A stretch of 60,324 bases of DNA, filler included. It is 6 parts of 6 records of this genome, joined end to end, with 100 filler letters (N's around TTAATTAATTAA, not from the genome) between each part and the next. Parts side by side here need not be neighbours in the genome. Positions count along the whole stretch, not along the records: positions 9,628 to 24,087 come from SRR2962707_2051; 5 more parts are not named here. One strand, 5' to 3'. The stretch's first letter is position 1. Every line of letters begins with the position of its first letter. Positions 9,914 through 22,600 of this stretch are shown piece by piece. The notes under the pieces were generated by a model that was given only the letters and a program-made list of their open reading frames with translations, ran no database searches and was not told the DNA's origin. The position numbers were made by a program, and so were the translations under genes.

Positions 9914-12344
9914 ATGGCAGACGCTCAACTTGCCGAAATTACAGGGCTCAGCGTCGCTGATGCCCAGTTCTATTTGAGCCGAACGGGCGGAGATGTGGCG
10001 GCTGCTGTCGAGCTTTATTTTGAAGATCCCACGCGACACACACGACCTGCAAGTCCTAGTGCAGGCCCGAGTGCGTCGGCGTCGCTGTTTGGCATGTTCA
10101 GTGAAATGCAAGCTGCTGGCGTCCCGGCACCGGATTGGCAAGATCTGGCAGACTCTCTTGACGGTCCAAGTTATGCTCCGGAGAGCCCAAGTGCGGTGCT
10201 CCTGCGGGCCAGTGAAGGCCGTGGGAGCGGCAGTAGCGCCAGGCATGGTGGGCGCGGTGAAGGACGACGAAGCAGCGGTCGTGGAAGTGGTCGTGGAAGT
10301 GGTCGTGGAAGCGCGTCGACGGGACGCTCACGCCGTGGTTTTCCTGGTGTAGGTGGCAGCTCGGGCGCACAGCTCGCAGCCATTATGTCCGAGGATGGCT
10401 TGCCGTCCTTTGTGGATCGGCATCGCTTTCACATGGAAGGAGATGATGAGGAAGATGATTTTCCTGGTGCATTTGCGGGTGGAATGGAAAACAACCTGTG
10501 GGAGTGGAACCCTCGCGTTCCACCGGTCAGCGGAAGCACCTCCGCACAAAGACCTGCAATTCATTTTGAGCCAGAGTCCGGTACATTCGTCGGTTCCCAT
10601 ATGGACTCAATGAGCCGTATTCATGAACGAGTTGAGGATGCCGAAGAAGCATCATCGCGTCTTTTGAATCTTGTGGGTCTCCCAGTGGATTCAAGCGTTG
10701 CATCGCCCGCTCGGGATGTGGAAGCCGGCCCTGGTTCAACATCCATCGGAGAGGGCAGTGGGAACACAGATGATTTGCACGCCCCTGTGAAACTGGCCAG
10801 AGCGGTTAGCCTTCTCGGTGTCAAGAGACCCCCGCGTGGCAGGCCCCGCGCAGGGGGCAGTGCTCACGGGGCACCTGGAATTGCTTCTGCAACTTCTGAT
10901 CCGGCCAAGCTTTCAGCCTCGGGGTTGTCGTCTGAGGCTGCTGCAGACAGTGGCAACGCTGACCGTGTCCGCGGCCTTCTTGCTGAGTTCAGCAACCAAG
11001 CTGCAAGTTTTAGCCGCGCCACGGCACGATACGCATCCTGGGTCGAAGGTCTAAACGAACGGCAAGACTCGTGTGTACAATCGTTGCGCGAAGCTGTCGA
11101 AGAAGACAATGGGGATGACGACAACGATAGCGGTGACTGTGCTGGCGATGGCTTTCAACATCGCCAGCAGCAGCACCGACGCAGGCAACAAGAGCAGCAG
11201 CAGTCGCAACATGAGCAAGAGACTTTTGGGATGCAACTGCTTCGGCACGTTCGGCACGTTCGACACCTCGAAGAAACCGGCGATGAAGACAGTGCAAATG
11301 CACTGTCACGCATTGCTGGGGCTTTGCTCGCTGCCGGAAATCGTGGTGGAAACGAAGAAGGTTCTACTGCTGCTCCGGCTCCGCGAAACAATCCCAGCTC
11401 GAAAGACAGGCCCGGGGGCAGAGGGACTGCAGATGACATGCAAATGCACCTGATGCTCGAGGCAGCGAGCATGGAGACCATGTTTGATGCTGCTGAAAGC
11501 GTCTTCGATGACGCAACGTCTCGCAAAGACGATGCGGCAACCTCCCTAAACAGGCCACGAATTCTCTCCCCGGAGCAATTGCAACCCTTGGAGACGTTGA
11601 GTGCCGCCGCTGTCGATCTCCGTGCTTATCTGTTGAATTCATATCTTCTCTCCCGGAGCGGATTCGATCGCTGCAACGCGCTGGTGATGAAGGTGTTGCG
11701 CTGGGTTGCCACATGCAGCATGCAACAAGTGGATTATGTTTTCGACAATGTCTCTGTTCTGAGTGCTGAACCGCCATCGACTGGCATCACGAAGTCATCA
11801 ACGTCAGATGCCAGTGGTGAGGTCAGGGCAGAGGCCGAGTCCACCGTCGTCCAGGAATCAAAGACTCTTTCAGTGAAGGAGTTGCGCGCCCGATTGACCG
11901 CCGCCCACATCGACCACTCGCATTGCCTTGAGCGTGGGGACCTCGAAAAATGCATTGTGGAAAATCGTGCAGCTGTTGAAGCTGCTCAGCACCACGCTGT
12001 ATTGGCGCAGTCGCAGGCAGTTGGTAGGCGCCTTCTTCGGTTGCCCAAAATGTTCATCATCTTTTTGCGCAGCCTACAACCTCCTTCTCGGAAGAGCGGC
12101 ACTGCCGACGCTTCGAAGGTCTTGGATTCACCGAGTTCCAAGTCTCGTGCTGCTGCGAGCTCGGCAGATGCCACCCCCACCTCGGCTGGCACTCCTGGCG
12201 CCCCTGGACCCTGGACGGACTGGGAGGTCATCATGCAGCGACGACAAGAATTCCTGGAAACCTCAATGAATCTTGCACAGCGTGTCGTGGCGCATTTTGC
12301 AACAAGGCTGACGACACTCGTAGACCAAACGCCTGTTCTTCCCG
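9914..12344 (+). CDS. Exon 1 of giant eukaryotic E3-ligase-like gene (UBA-like N-terminus, low-complexity region, SAP-like motif)
   Basis: MADAQLAEITGLSVADAQFYLSRTGGDVAAAVELYFE is UBA-like. LSVKELRARL...CLERGDL is SAP/ARMET-C-like. Ends at the GTTCGT donor at 12345. Confidence 0.75.
10277..10312 (+). repeat. 12-nt coding tandem repeat GGTCGTGGAAGT x3 (GRGS x3)
   Basis: Seen directly; last base of the third copy differs. Confidence 0.9.
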
Positions 12345-12454
12345 GTTCGTGGTCAAGTTCACAGCCGTCCTGCTTGTGCGAATGTTGAGTTTTGTGGAAT
12401 TCGTTTGATAGTGTTCGGTGTGTTTTTTGTATCACATACGCTTGTCCGGTACAG
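12345..12454 (+). other. Spliceosomal intron 1 (GT-AG, 110 nt)
   Basis: GTTCGT...ACAG. Removal joins ORF 9884 to ORF 12418 in frame (VLP-A-STARF). Confidence 0.75.
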
Positions 12455-13063
12455 CCTCGACTGCTCGTTTCTTGTCCAACTTTAACCTCGAGTTGGTGAG
12501 CGATTTTACGCTGCCCGTTGTGGGTTTGTTCACCATTGATCAGCAGTACTCTACTCCAATCATTCAAAACTCCCCTGCCCACGAAGCAGTCACGCGCCTG
12601 TTTGAGGCGACATGCTCAGCGCTTCAGGCGGTCAATGCATCCGGCAACTTTCGCTTTGGTGCGACGACAGTTTCGCCACAGAGCTGTGGCAAGCCGGTCG
12701 TTGGCGTAATGGTGTCTGGCTGTTCTCGCCGTGAGGTTAACGGTTTTTATGCCGCAGAATCTATTCCTGGTTACCATGGGGCTCGCACTTTTCGGAAACC
12801 CGGGACTGACCTTGCCGTTTATCGATGGAAGCACCGAATGTGGCTCATCGGCGATCTTGGTTCGCAAATGCGAAGCATCGGCATGGATACAGAGCATGGG
12901 CGCACGCACACGTACTGCCGCGTCGAGTCTAGTGCGGATTTACCACCAGAGGATGGTTGGAGCACGGAGGGCGAAAAATCAGATGTCGTTCGCGTGGCGA
13001 GTGGGACTCTCAATGTTCGTCCAGCAAGCGCAGCTGTTTGGCAGTGGTGCGACGAGTCGTCAG
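12455..13063 (+). CDS. Exon 2 of giant eukaryotic gene (unnamed VNG.Y...PP..GW domain, start of WWE)
   Basis: In frame between introns 1 and 2; ends AVWQWCDESS. Confidence 0.78.
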
Positions 13064-13167
13064 GCAAGTGCAGTCGGCAAACTTCGTTGTGTGAACTGTG
13101 TCGGCTTGAACGGCTCGCTAGAGTGCAGAATTCATGACGCATCGTGTTGTCTTTGCCTTAACTGCAG
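13064..13167 (+). other. Spliceosomal intron 2 (non-canonical GC-AG, 104 nt)
   Basis: CAG|GCAAGT donor and TTAACTGCAG| acceptor. Removal restores WQWCDESSGTKVWYRYD. Confidence 0.8.
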
Positions 13168-13582
13168 GCACGAAGGTGTGGTACCGGTACGATAGTGAAT
13201 CGACCGCCAAGTTAGAAGCTCGGTTTTCGGCTCTCGCTGAAGCAATGGTCAGCTATGCCTACGACGAGCGCCACCGGAATTCGGAATCCGCCCACGGTGG
13301 CAGTTCGAATTCGAAAGAAACACCGAACAAAAACGACGTCCACCGATCAGCAGCTATCCGCCTGAACAACCGGTGGGGAAACTCATGTTGCAGTGAGCTG
13401 GACAAACGAATTTTGGAAAGGTTCTTGCGTAAAAATCGGAGCACAAGCAGATCAGTACTGCTGGAGCTGCCGTCATTTGGGAAGTACTCCGTTGACGTTG
13501 TGTCGATGCGGCAAACCAACGTTGCAAAATCAGACCATCAACGACACGTGCGGCGTTTGGTGGTCGAAGATCCAGCTCATAG
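13168..13582 (+). CDS. Exon 3 of giant eukaryotic gene (WWE domain)
   Basis: WYRYDSESTAKLE ... YSVDVVSMRQTN....QRHVRR matches the WWE consensus. Confidence 0.8.
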
Positions 13583-13686
13583 GTGAGAAATTTCTGCTGT
13601 GCGCCTGCCCAGTAAAATGACTCACATGTCTCACCTGGCCTGGTGTAATCGATGCTCCCTTGTGTGCTGCGCGCTTGTACTGATAG
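13583..13686 (+). other. Spliceosomal intron 3 (GT-AG, 104 nt)
   Basis: AG|GTGAGA donor and TGATAG| acceptor; joins PAH-S-TYVDD in frame. Confidence 0.8.
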
Positions 13687-16600
13687 TACTTACGTGGATG
13701 ACAATTTTGAGTCGCCTGTCGATACTTTGGAGACCTTGCATTTGGCCCTTGTGGATTTAATTTGCAAGTCGGCGGTTGACCTTATTAGCGGAGCCCCGGC
13801 GGAGCTGCACTCGACGAGAGAGCATGATCCTGCACCAGTTGTCGCAGCGCTTGTCCAGCAGTTTCTGCTTGTCCAGCAACGTTGTATTGGTTCCACGGGC
13901 ACTTTGCCTGTTGAAGCAGGGTCGTCAGCTGGACCCACGGCTGCATCCATTTCTAGCACAGCAGTTCCCACCACCGAACCACACAGCGAGGTCGAGCTCA
14001 CCACTGCAGATGCCGCAAACGGGAGCAGCTCTCTCACTCGCGCGTTCATCCACGCCCTGATTCACGGTCGTGGGTCCGCTGCGACTTTCTTTGAGACCTG
14101 GCTTGTGCCTCGGAACGAACCTTTTTGGGTGAAGGCCCGCATTCGCAGCACAGGCATAAAACGCTTGTTTCGGAAACTGTTAGCTGTGATGCTGGTGGAG
14201 TCTGATTTGGTCAAAGCCGGCCTATGCCATGCATTGGTTGTCTTCCTAAACGGTCCCGACGGAACAGGCGAAGACACGTTTTCAATGAAAGCAGGGTTTT
14301 CACCGCACGCACGACTCGCAGACATTGGGGCTCAGTTGAGCCGGTTCAAGCTTGCAATTTACAGGCAGTACAACGAGTGGAAGTCTGCGGCACTCGCCGT
14401 ATCCGACGAGACGGTTGCTGGCCCACCTTCTGAGCTTCCAAGTTTCGATGCCTTTTGCGCGCCAATTGAGCAGGTTTTGGATCAATTGCTGCTAACGCAG
14501 ACAGCATTGCAACCGCCTGGCGGTGCAGCACTCGCCCCAGACTGGGGAGACGACAGCAGTGCGGAGTGGGCAGTTGGCACGATTTTGGATCCATCCGTTA
14601 TCGCCAGTGACGATAGCGTGTTTTGCGGTGCATTTCACCAGCATGGGACTCCGTGGAAGCAGGATGTCCGTAATTTGGTGACCGCTTTGCAGGGCGCCCA
14701 CGGAAGTGATCAGTTCGTGAATGTTGAGGGTGCCCGGGCGCTGGAAGCATCGCTTGCTCGGTACAACTTGCCGCTTGCACTCGCGGATGCACCTGGAGCT
14801 AACGCTGGTCCGGAGCTGGCATCATCAACGCGAGACCCAAACACCCAAGGACTTTCACTTCCACCAGGGCAAGGTCTGGCTTCAGGCACTGCTGGGACAA
14901 ATATTCCTTCAACAATCCTCGCTGTCCTGGAGCGGTCTATGTCTTTGCTTCTCAATCTGCGCGAAGGGCTTCAAACGCAAGACGTGAGAACCTCGCGTCA
15001 AACCGACAGCAACGCTTCGTCAACAAGCGACTCGTTAGATGGCGAGAATGCAGCTTTTGAGGCCGCCGCTGCAGCAGCGGCGGCGCTTGAAACCGAGACC
15101 CCCGCGTTAAGCACAACAACAGCGGATCCCAAACGCTCAGACGTGGACGCAACCGGCGTGCCTTTGCTTCATCCAGCCCACAAACAGGAATCACGCGATG
15201 CAACGTGCCCACTCGGAATCATTCGTGATGTGGCACGATGGATGTTCGAAGTGCAGGCACACCAAGCTAAGATATGCGATCGTCGTGCCATGGGCCTGCA
15301 TTTATTATCGGACGCAATTCGCATGGCGTGTCGCTTTAACACGTCGGCTCAAGTACACCTGAGTGCAATGGAGTGGGTGGTGCAAGAAGCGCGCACGTCG
15401 TTTGCGTTGCTTCGTTGGCAAGACCAAAAGGCAAGGTCGTTTCTGCACACCGTTCTTACAGACGCCGCAGCGAATGGAGACGGTGGCGATGTGGGCTTGG
15501 CCCAGAACCTTGCGCTTGCTGGCGAGTGGGGTGCCGGCGTTCTGGTGGGTGTTGTCGGAAGCCCGCAAGCAGCCCAGCAAGCAATGTTAGGAGCTTGGTG
15601 GTTGCTTGTTCGCGATATCATGGGTTGCCTCGATATCCCCTCTGGGGCAGAGCATGACCTCGCAAGCCTGACGGACCTGCACATTGCTGTGTGCGCTTGC
15701 ATCGGCTCTTTGCCACTGCCCTTCGGAAACCCGACTGCGCAACAGAATGCCATGGACATCGTGCTTTCACTTCACAGTAAGTATCAGCAAATTACAGCTG
15801 CAGTGCAAACACAGACGATCGATGGCGGAGACAGCATCACCAGGCTTAAGCGGCGCCAACTGCGGTTCAAAGCAGCGAGTGACGATGCCGCCATCTGCAG
15901 CAGAATCTCGAAAAAGAAAAAAATCCGCCGCGTAAAGCGTCACGGCAGTGCCGCACGCAGGCGACAGCGCACCCGCAATGTTGGACCAAAGCTCCCACAG
16001 CTGTCTCACCTTTTGAAGCTTTTGCGAGTATGCATTCTGCAGCTTGCGGAAGACCGTGCGCGTACCAATTTAGCAGCTTTGGCGCGCGACAGCGACCGCC
16101 AAATAGTGCGCATCTACAGACTTGTTCTGGATCAGCTGAGTGATGCGGTTGGGGATTTCCGTCTTAAAACAGTGGACCAGACATTGACGAGTGCAGAAAG
16201 TAGTGGCGCCGAGTCTGCCGATGACACCGGTAGCTTGACAGATGGCTCGGTGGGCACTGATGATACTGCGGGCGCCGATGACTCTGTATTTCCACTAGAT
16301 TCAAACGGTAGGCCAATGCCTCTCGTCCCATACCACCCTGGGCGGCACAATGCACCTGCCTACATGGCGGGTTGGCAATGTGACGTATGTGGCTTTACGA
16401 GCTCAGATGCTGATCCTGGGGATGTTCGGGCAATGGTGCGCTTCCACAGCAAGGAACAAAGTCAAGATCTCTGCCTGAACTGTGGCCCTGCGGGGCCTGG
16501 CGTGAAAGTTCAGCGTCCGAATTGTCGGGGGCAACACGGGCTCCAGGAGTTCATCACACCCCACAACCGGTTCAACTGCGACCTGTGCTCTGCCGTCATT

Positions 16601-19600
16601 CCACATCAAACAACGCTGTTTGGTTGCAGAGAATGCGATTATGATGCATGCCCAAAGTGCTATGGCGTCAGTGCTGAACTCTTGGCCGTCTCGCGTGCAG
16701 AGGACAGCGTTAACTCCCAGTTACTGATGGCACTGCTTAATCTGCTCTATCCCGTTCGCGGTGTCGCTTTGCAGTGTCTCCTGGCTTCGCCAGAAGCCCG
16801 TGCTTTGGAAGTGCTCTGCTTTGGCATCTTCTGCGCTCCCACGTCGACCCCCAGTCTTCGAAGGAGAAGCGCAGACATCATCAAAGACACATTGGTGTGG
16901 GTACGACCAGGGCACGGCCCTGCAGGCACAACCCAAGTTCCAGAACTTCTTCAGTTGCCTCAGCGATTTGTCGATGAGCTTCTGCGATCCGTTCAGAATG
17001 CTGCAAGCCCACTACGAGCCCAAGACCAAAGAGGGCATGCAAGTTCGCTGCAGGCCACAGCTGCGTCCAACATTGAAATGCTCCGCTGGGTTCTGCAATT
17101 CGCCCGTCATGGAGCCTCATCAAATCAGCAAACGAAAAACTCGCTTGTGTTGCATAATGTCGCGCAACAGTTGGTTGTTACATTACGCCAAAACGTCAGG
17201 CAATGCGTCGCCGTCTTGCGCCGCCATCACCAGAGTGCTAATTTTCTAACTCCAACATCGAGCAAGGTTCACCCCTTGGCGCCCTCAGCGTCCACTCGCG
17301 ACGCCGAGACCACTGCGCTCAGAATGTCGGCAACAACCATTGCTGAAGACATTGCTGCCCTTGATCTTGGCGCGGCAGCCTTATTTATTTTGGGCGGCTA
17401 TGAAGCGCCATTAGCCGAGGGCAGCTCAGTCGTAATGATGCCCGCGCAACAAAAACTGCTTTTGCACTCATACGAACGCGGGGTTCTCTTTTCGCGTGTG
17501 GGATCCTCGAGCACCCTAATGGACACTGGGGTATTGCCCGCTGATGGGAATCAGCAGGTGGAAGTGATATTTGACTCATGTCCAACAGAGAAACGCAAGG
17601 TGGCTGTTCGTGACATCAAAGCTGTCTGCGGAGAGGTGCCTGACTGGGTGGTCAAGGAATTGCTCCCGCAGTTGACAGAGTTAGTGCAGTATGCTGTCGT
17701 TCTACGACGCGATGTTGAGCACTGCCGTTTCAAAGTCACTGAGCAGACGTCGCAAGCCGGCGCCTCAGGTAGCGCGAAGGTGGGTCAGGGTGAGACAAAG
17801 CTCATGCAGCAAGTTCTGCCTCAATGCCGAACGCTGGTGTTTTCCACTCGGCTGCAAAACGATCGAAAACGGTTAATCGCATTTGGGGATACAGTCGCTG
17901 CCGCCGCTGCCGCCGCCGCTGCCGCAGAGAGCGATGCACACAACGGTGGGACCCCTCGAAACCGTGCTGGTGCGAAAATGCACGTCGGCACTGGTTCTGG
18001 CGCGAGGACACTGTACTGCGGACGACGGCTCGGAGTTGTCCGTATCCCAGGCTCAGATGGACGCTGTGGGCCTAACAATGGACCTCCATGTCCCGACTGC
18101 TTTGCGTATCAGCAAATGCACGGCCTTCCAAAATCGAAACCTGCGGTGCGAAGCTCTTGGGGCTCAAGCAGCGGGGATGGAGCGCCATCCCTGTCACAAC
18201 TGGCATCATCGTCGCTGGCATCATCGTCGTCGTCGTCGTCAGCGCCATCGTCGGGTGTCAATCTGCGCATGCAAAGTGGCCGGCTATCGGCCGGTGCGAG
18301 TGAGTGGCGCCCTCAAAGGATCCAGCACGACCTCGAGGCACTGCAACGACATGTTGCTGCTTTGCAAAGTGCCACAAGCCGCACGGTGGCCGAAATCAGC
18401 GGTAGCAGCGAACCGGACAGTGACGCTCATGCAGCCCAGCCAGAAGACGCTGCGTCCGCACTCGCCTGGGGCCATCATGAAAGCAATAGTGACAGTAGTC
18501 GCAGTAGCAACCATACTAGCAGTGACGACGAAGGGGTTGATGACGAGGACGACGAAGCTGACAGCTTCGGGGAGAACAATGACAGTGACTCATCCAGTGA
18601 CTCCGAGTCAATGAGTGAGTCTGCTGCGATCGCGGCTGCGCTCCGCGCATCGCTGGAAAGCGACCACAGCCTTTCAGAGGACGAACCCGTCGCGACAGCG
18701 CGCAGTGCGTCCTCAGGGCATGTTGAATCTGAGTCGACCGCTGAGAAAGCAAGTGCTGAACCCCCCGTACCGGCTGCTTTCATTGATGTACCATTATCTT
18801 TGGGCACCCAATTGGCATCTTCCAACGTGAAATTGAGATATAGTCGGCTGTGCTACGCTTCAAGCTTCATGCTGCGTGATATTTTGTCTCGGCCGTTTGA
18901 GCTTTCTAAACGCGATGTTGAGAACGTGCCCTATGCGGAGCGTTCGCGGGAGGCAAAAGCAAATGATGCCCAGGTGTTGCCAGTTCTTGTTATCAAATCG
19001 CTGCTGCGCCACCCCGAAATTTGTGCGACTCTTGCAGCAGACTGCGCTGCCCCAATATCCATGTCTACGCTGCGATTCAATCGGAAAGAAGACCTGGAGG
19101 CTTTGCGACGGGAGATTCTGATCATGCGCGGTCAAGGTGCTTTGCCCCCGAATATGTCGGTGTCACAAGCAGCTGACGGGAGTGGAGTGGGAAGCGGATT
19201 CTTGCCGCGCTCGGCACTCATGCGGTTGGCGCCTTCGGCCAGTTACCGCTCCGGTGCTGGACAGCAGCAATACTTCCTCGCAGGTGATCTCGTTCGCGAC
19301 CGAAACACAGTGTCACATTCATCGTCCAGTCGCTTAGACCCTCGCAGCGGGAGCGCACAGCGTGGTGATGGCACAACTAGTGGCAGCAGCAGCAACAACA
19401 AAAGCACCTTAGCTGATCTTGCAGGCGCCTGGGTGGTCTTGTCCATGATGGTCACGAGTGATGGCTTGGCCTACGTCCTCGCAAACATTGCCAACAGCCG
19501 TGTGACTCGTGTTGAGCGCCACGACCGGCTTGAACTTGCTCATCCGCGGCCTCTCCCATGGATGGCTCGGCATCTGCATGAGTTTTACAGACTGTCAAGT

Positions 19601-22600
19601 CAGGACGGACTTCCCAGCAGCGTGAGGGGGAGCCGAAGCGGTTCGGCGACTGACCCTCCCTCTCGCAATGGTGGGTCGCTTGATTTCGTGGCAGTTCAGC
19701 GATTCTTAGAATCTGCGTTTGGGTCTGAAGCATCGCTTGCGGATCAGGCGCGAGTTTTGCAAAAGCTGGTAGCCTCAAGCATTGACAGCAAACACTCAAG
19801 CCGGAACGGGACCACGGCTTCAATTAATGCCGAATGCTACTCAACTGCCCATCGGTACTTCGAGCCAATCCAGGAAAATGCCGGCCGCCACCTTGGGCTT
19901 GGGATGGGTATGCACTACCATCAGATGATGGGGATGTATGGCTACCGCCGTGGGGGAAGCAGCGGGAATACCAATAAGGATCGCAGCGCTGGGTCCGCCC
20001 AAATTCACCCAAGTGCACGTGTTCTGAGGATGCAGGAGCGACTGCAGCCGGTGCGCCTCCCGCCCTCCCAGCGGCAAGTGAACGGTGGGCGTTTTGTAGC
20101 CAGGCAAAAGCAGGCCCGCTCTGAGCTCATCGACATTATGCACAGTGCCGTTGAATACACCGGTCATTTTCAGTTGCCTTCCGCGGCAATCTTTGAGGCA
20201 ATAGCCAATGCACGGTTGGGCGCTGCCGCTGTCAACGACAAACTCTCCGCGGAAGCGTCCAAAGCAGCAGCATCGCGAGCCGTAGAATTAAGCGTGCTGG
20301 ACGACTTTTTGTTCCGAATTGAAGGCTCGATTGCGGTTCAGAATATGCGACACTGCGTATGGACGCTGATTAGTGCCGCAACGAAGCTTGATGAACTTGC
20401 AGCTGCACGCACGGAGAAAGAGGCATCACCGATAACTTCCTCCATTACAGAGCGCGCATTCGGTGCCGCGCAGAAAGAGTTTGCAGCTTTCCAAAAATTG
20501 CGCCGCCAGCAGGCAATCGCAGACCAACAGCGGCTGGTGCAGCTTGATTTTGCGGACGAAGCCGAGGCAAAGGCCCTGCTCTCCAATTTGCCTGCTGGAT
20601 TAGTCGCGAGTTCGGTCGAGAGAAGCAAGCCTAAGTTGGTGAACGAAAAACCTGCTGGGAAAGATTCTCGAACGAATGAGACCAGCGATTGCAACGACAT
20701 TCCCAACCTCTTGGCGCCTAGTTCGGAGGTGCTGGCGCGGATTGCAACTCTCTACGACGTGGGGACCCCGCCAGAGGGGCCAGCGCACTGGGTGACGTCT
20801 TTCCTGCGGTTAGTCGCACACCGTGACAATTTGGGCAGTGCCATGAGTCAACAAAGTTGGTGTGAAGGCTTGCGAGCGCTGGTGCATCTTGGCCAGTCAG
20901 CGCTGCTGAAGGCCGGAGTGAGGGATCTCGTCGAAGCTTCTCGGAATCCGACATTCACTTGCGTGCGGTGGGGCGAAGCATTGCGCACGACCGATCTCGA
21001 CAAGAACTTCGCATCAGCAGCATCGCGGGGCAGCAGCTCAGGACGAACTCAGTACAACGACGTCGAGATTCTGAGTGTTGCCCTGCCTCCAGCAGATGCC
21101 CAGGCCGAAGATAATGTCGTGAATCGACCAAACATTGAGTTGGTCGAAGATGTAGTGTTGACAATCGCTTCACAATTTGCCGGACTGACGGCGGAACCGA
21201 GTTCCTGGAAGGGGAGGGATGACTCAGGCAATCGGGTTCGTGGCCACGCGACGCAGGGCGCCGATGCCTCCTTGCCACCCACGGCAAAGGCTGCATGTGT
21301 TCACTCGGCGGTTACTGTGTCAGGACTTACTGCTGACGACACAGGCTGTGTACACGACAGTCTATTTCGCGCCGTACTACTTTGCTTGGTGCATCCGAAC
21401 CTGACACTGAAGCGCTTTGGATGTACTATGATGGTGGGGTTGGTCCCCAAGCTTTCGGCCAAGCAAATAAAATCCATTCCGGCCTCCTCGCTGACCTCCC
21501 AGCTCCACACATTGCTAGTCGAACAATCTACACCCCACATTCATTCCCAGCTCACGCAGGCATTGGTTGAATTAGTTGTACAGTGCAGCTTGCACGCAAC
21601 CACGAGTGCTGGGGCATCTTTGTTTCTGTCTCAGCCAAGCAAAGGCGGAAAAAAAGCTCGCGGTGGAGGGCGCCGAGGGCGCGGTGGACGCCCGGAAAGC
21701 ACTTCGTTAACTGCTTATTTTGAACAAGTGATGGCCTGCGCAGAGACCGCGGCATCGCCAGACTTCGCTAGCTTGCCGTCCACAACGCCGGAACCCCGAG
21801 TGAAAAAGGCTGATCAAAAGCGCCGTCGACGAGGGCCTTCACCATCGCCATCTCGTGCAAATGGAGCCACAGTTGCTGCTGGAACTGGACTTCACAGCGT
21901 GTCCGACACCAGCAGTGAAGTGGGCCAAAACACTGGCCTTGCATTTGTTGATACCGCGCCAAGCCACCAGAAGCTTGTTTTTTCCAACAAGAACACGACC
22001 GTAGAACTCGGTGACACGAGCTCGGAAACCGAAGGCCATGGGAACAGCAATGGTCGAGGTCGAGGTGGACTTAGAGCAATGCACCAAATGTATGCTCGCA
22101 CTGGCCGCGGAAGACCGCAGCGAGAGAACTGGCGCGTGGCATATATGAATCAAGCCTGGTCCACAGGGACATCAGTTTACTGGGAAGTGGAGGTGGAAGA
22201 CTGCCGTGTTTATGATTCCAGCTTTCGGCCTTTGCTTGAAATGATAGTTGGTGTCGCTAGCACCTCCGCCAAAACATCACGCTCGACTGACACCGTGAAG
22301 TCTTTGAACTTGCATTCATCGTCGCTGCCATCGCGTATGTGGGGCTTAGGCTCGGCTCGTAAATTGTATCAGGATGGGCAGCATGTGCGATTGGGTGGTC
22401 CAATAATCGTTGCTGAAACAACAATTGGAATGCTCTTGGACATGGTCAATGGCGAGCTATCGTTTTTCGCGAACGGGAAGCAATTTGGCATCACATTCAA
22501 CGATCTGCTTCGCCAGCGAGCATCGCAATCGTCCCAAAAACGAGGGTCTCGCGGCGCTGGGCACACTTCGTCGGCCAAGGTCTCTTTTGTGCCTTTTGTT

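Noticed and set aside
9572-10246. Minus-strand ORFs ending in poly-Lys
   Set aside because: Translation of the poly(T) run and N linker, antisense to exon 1.
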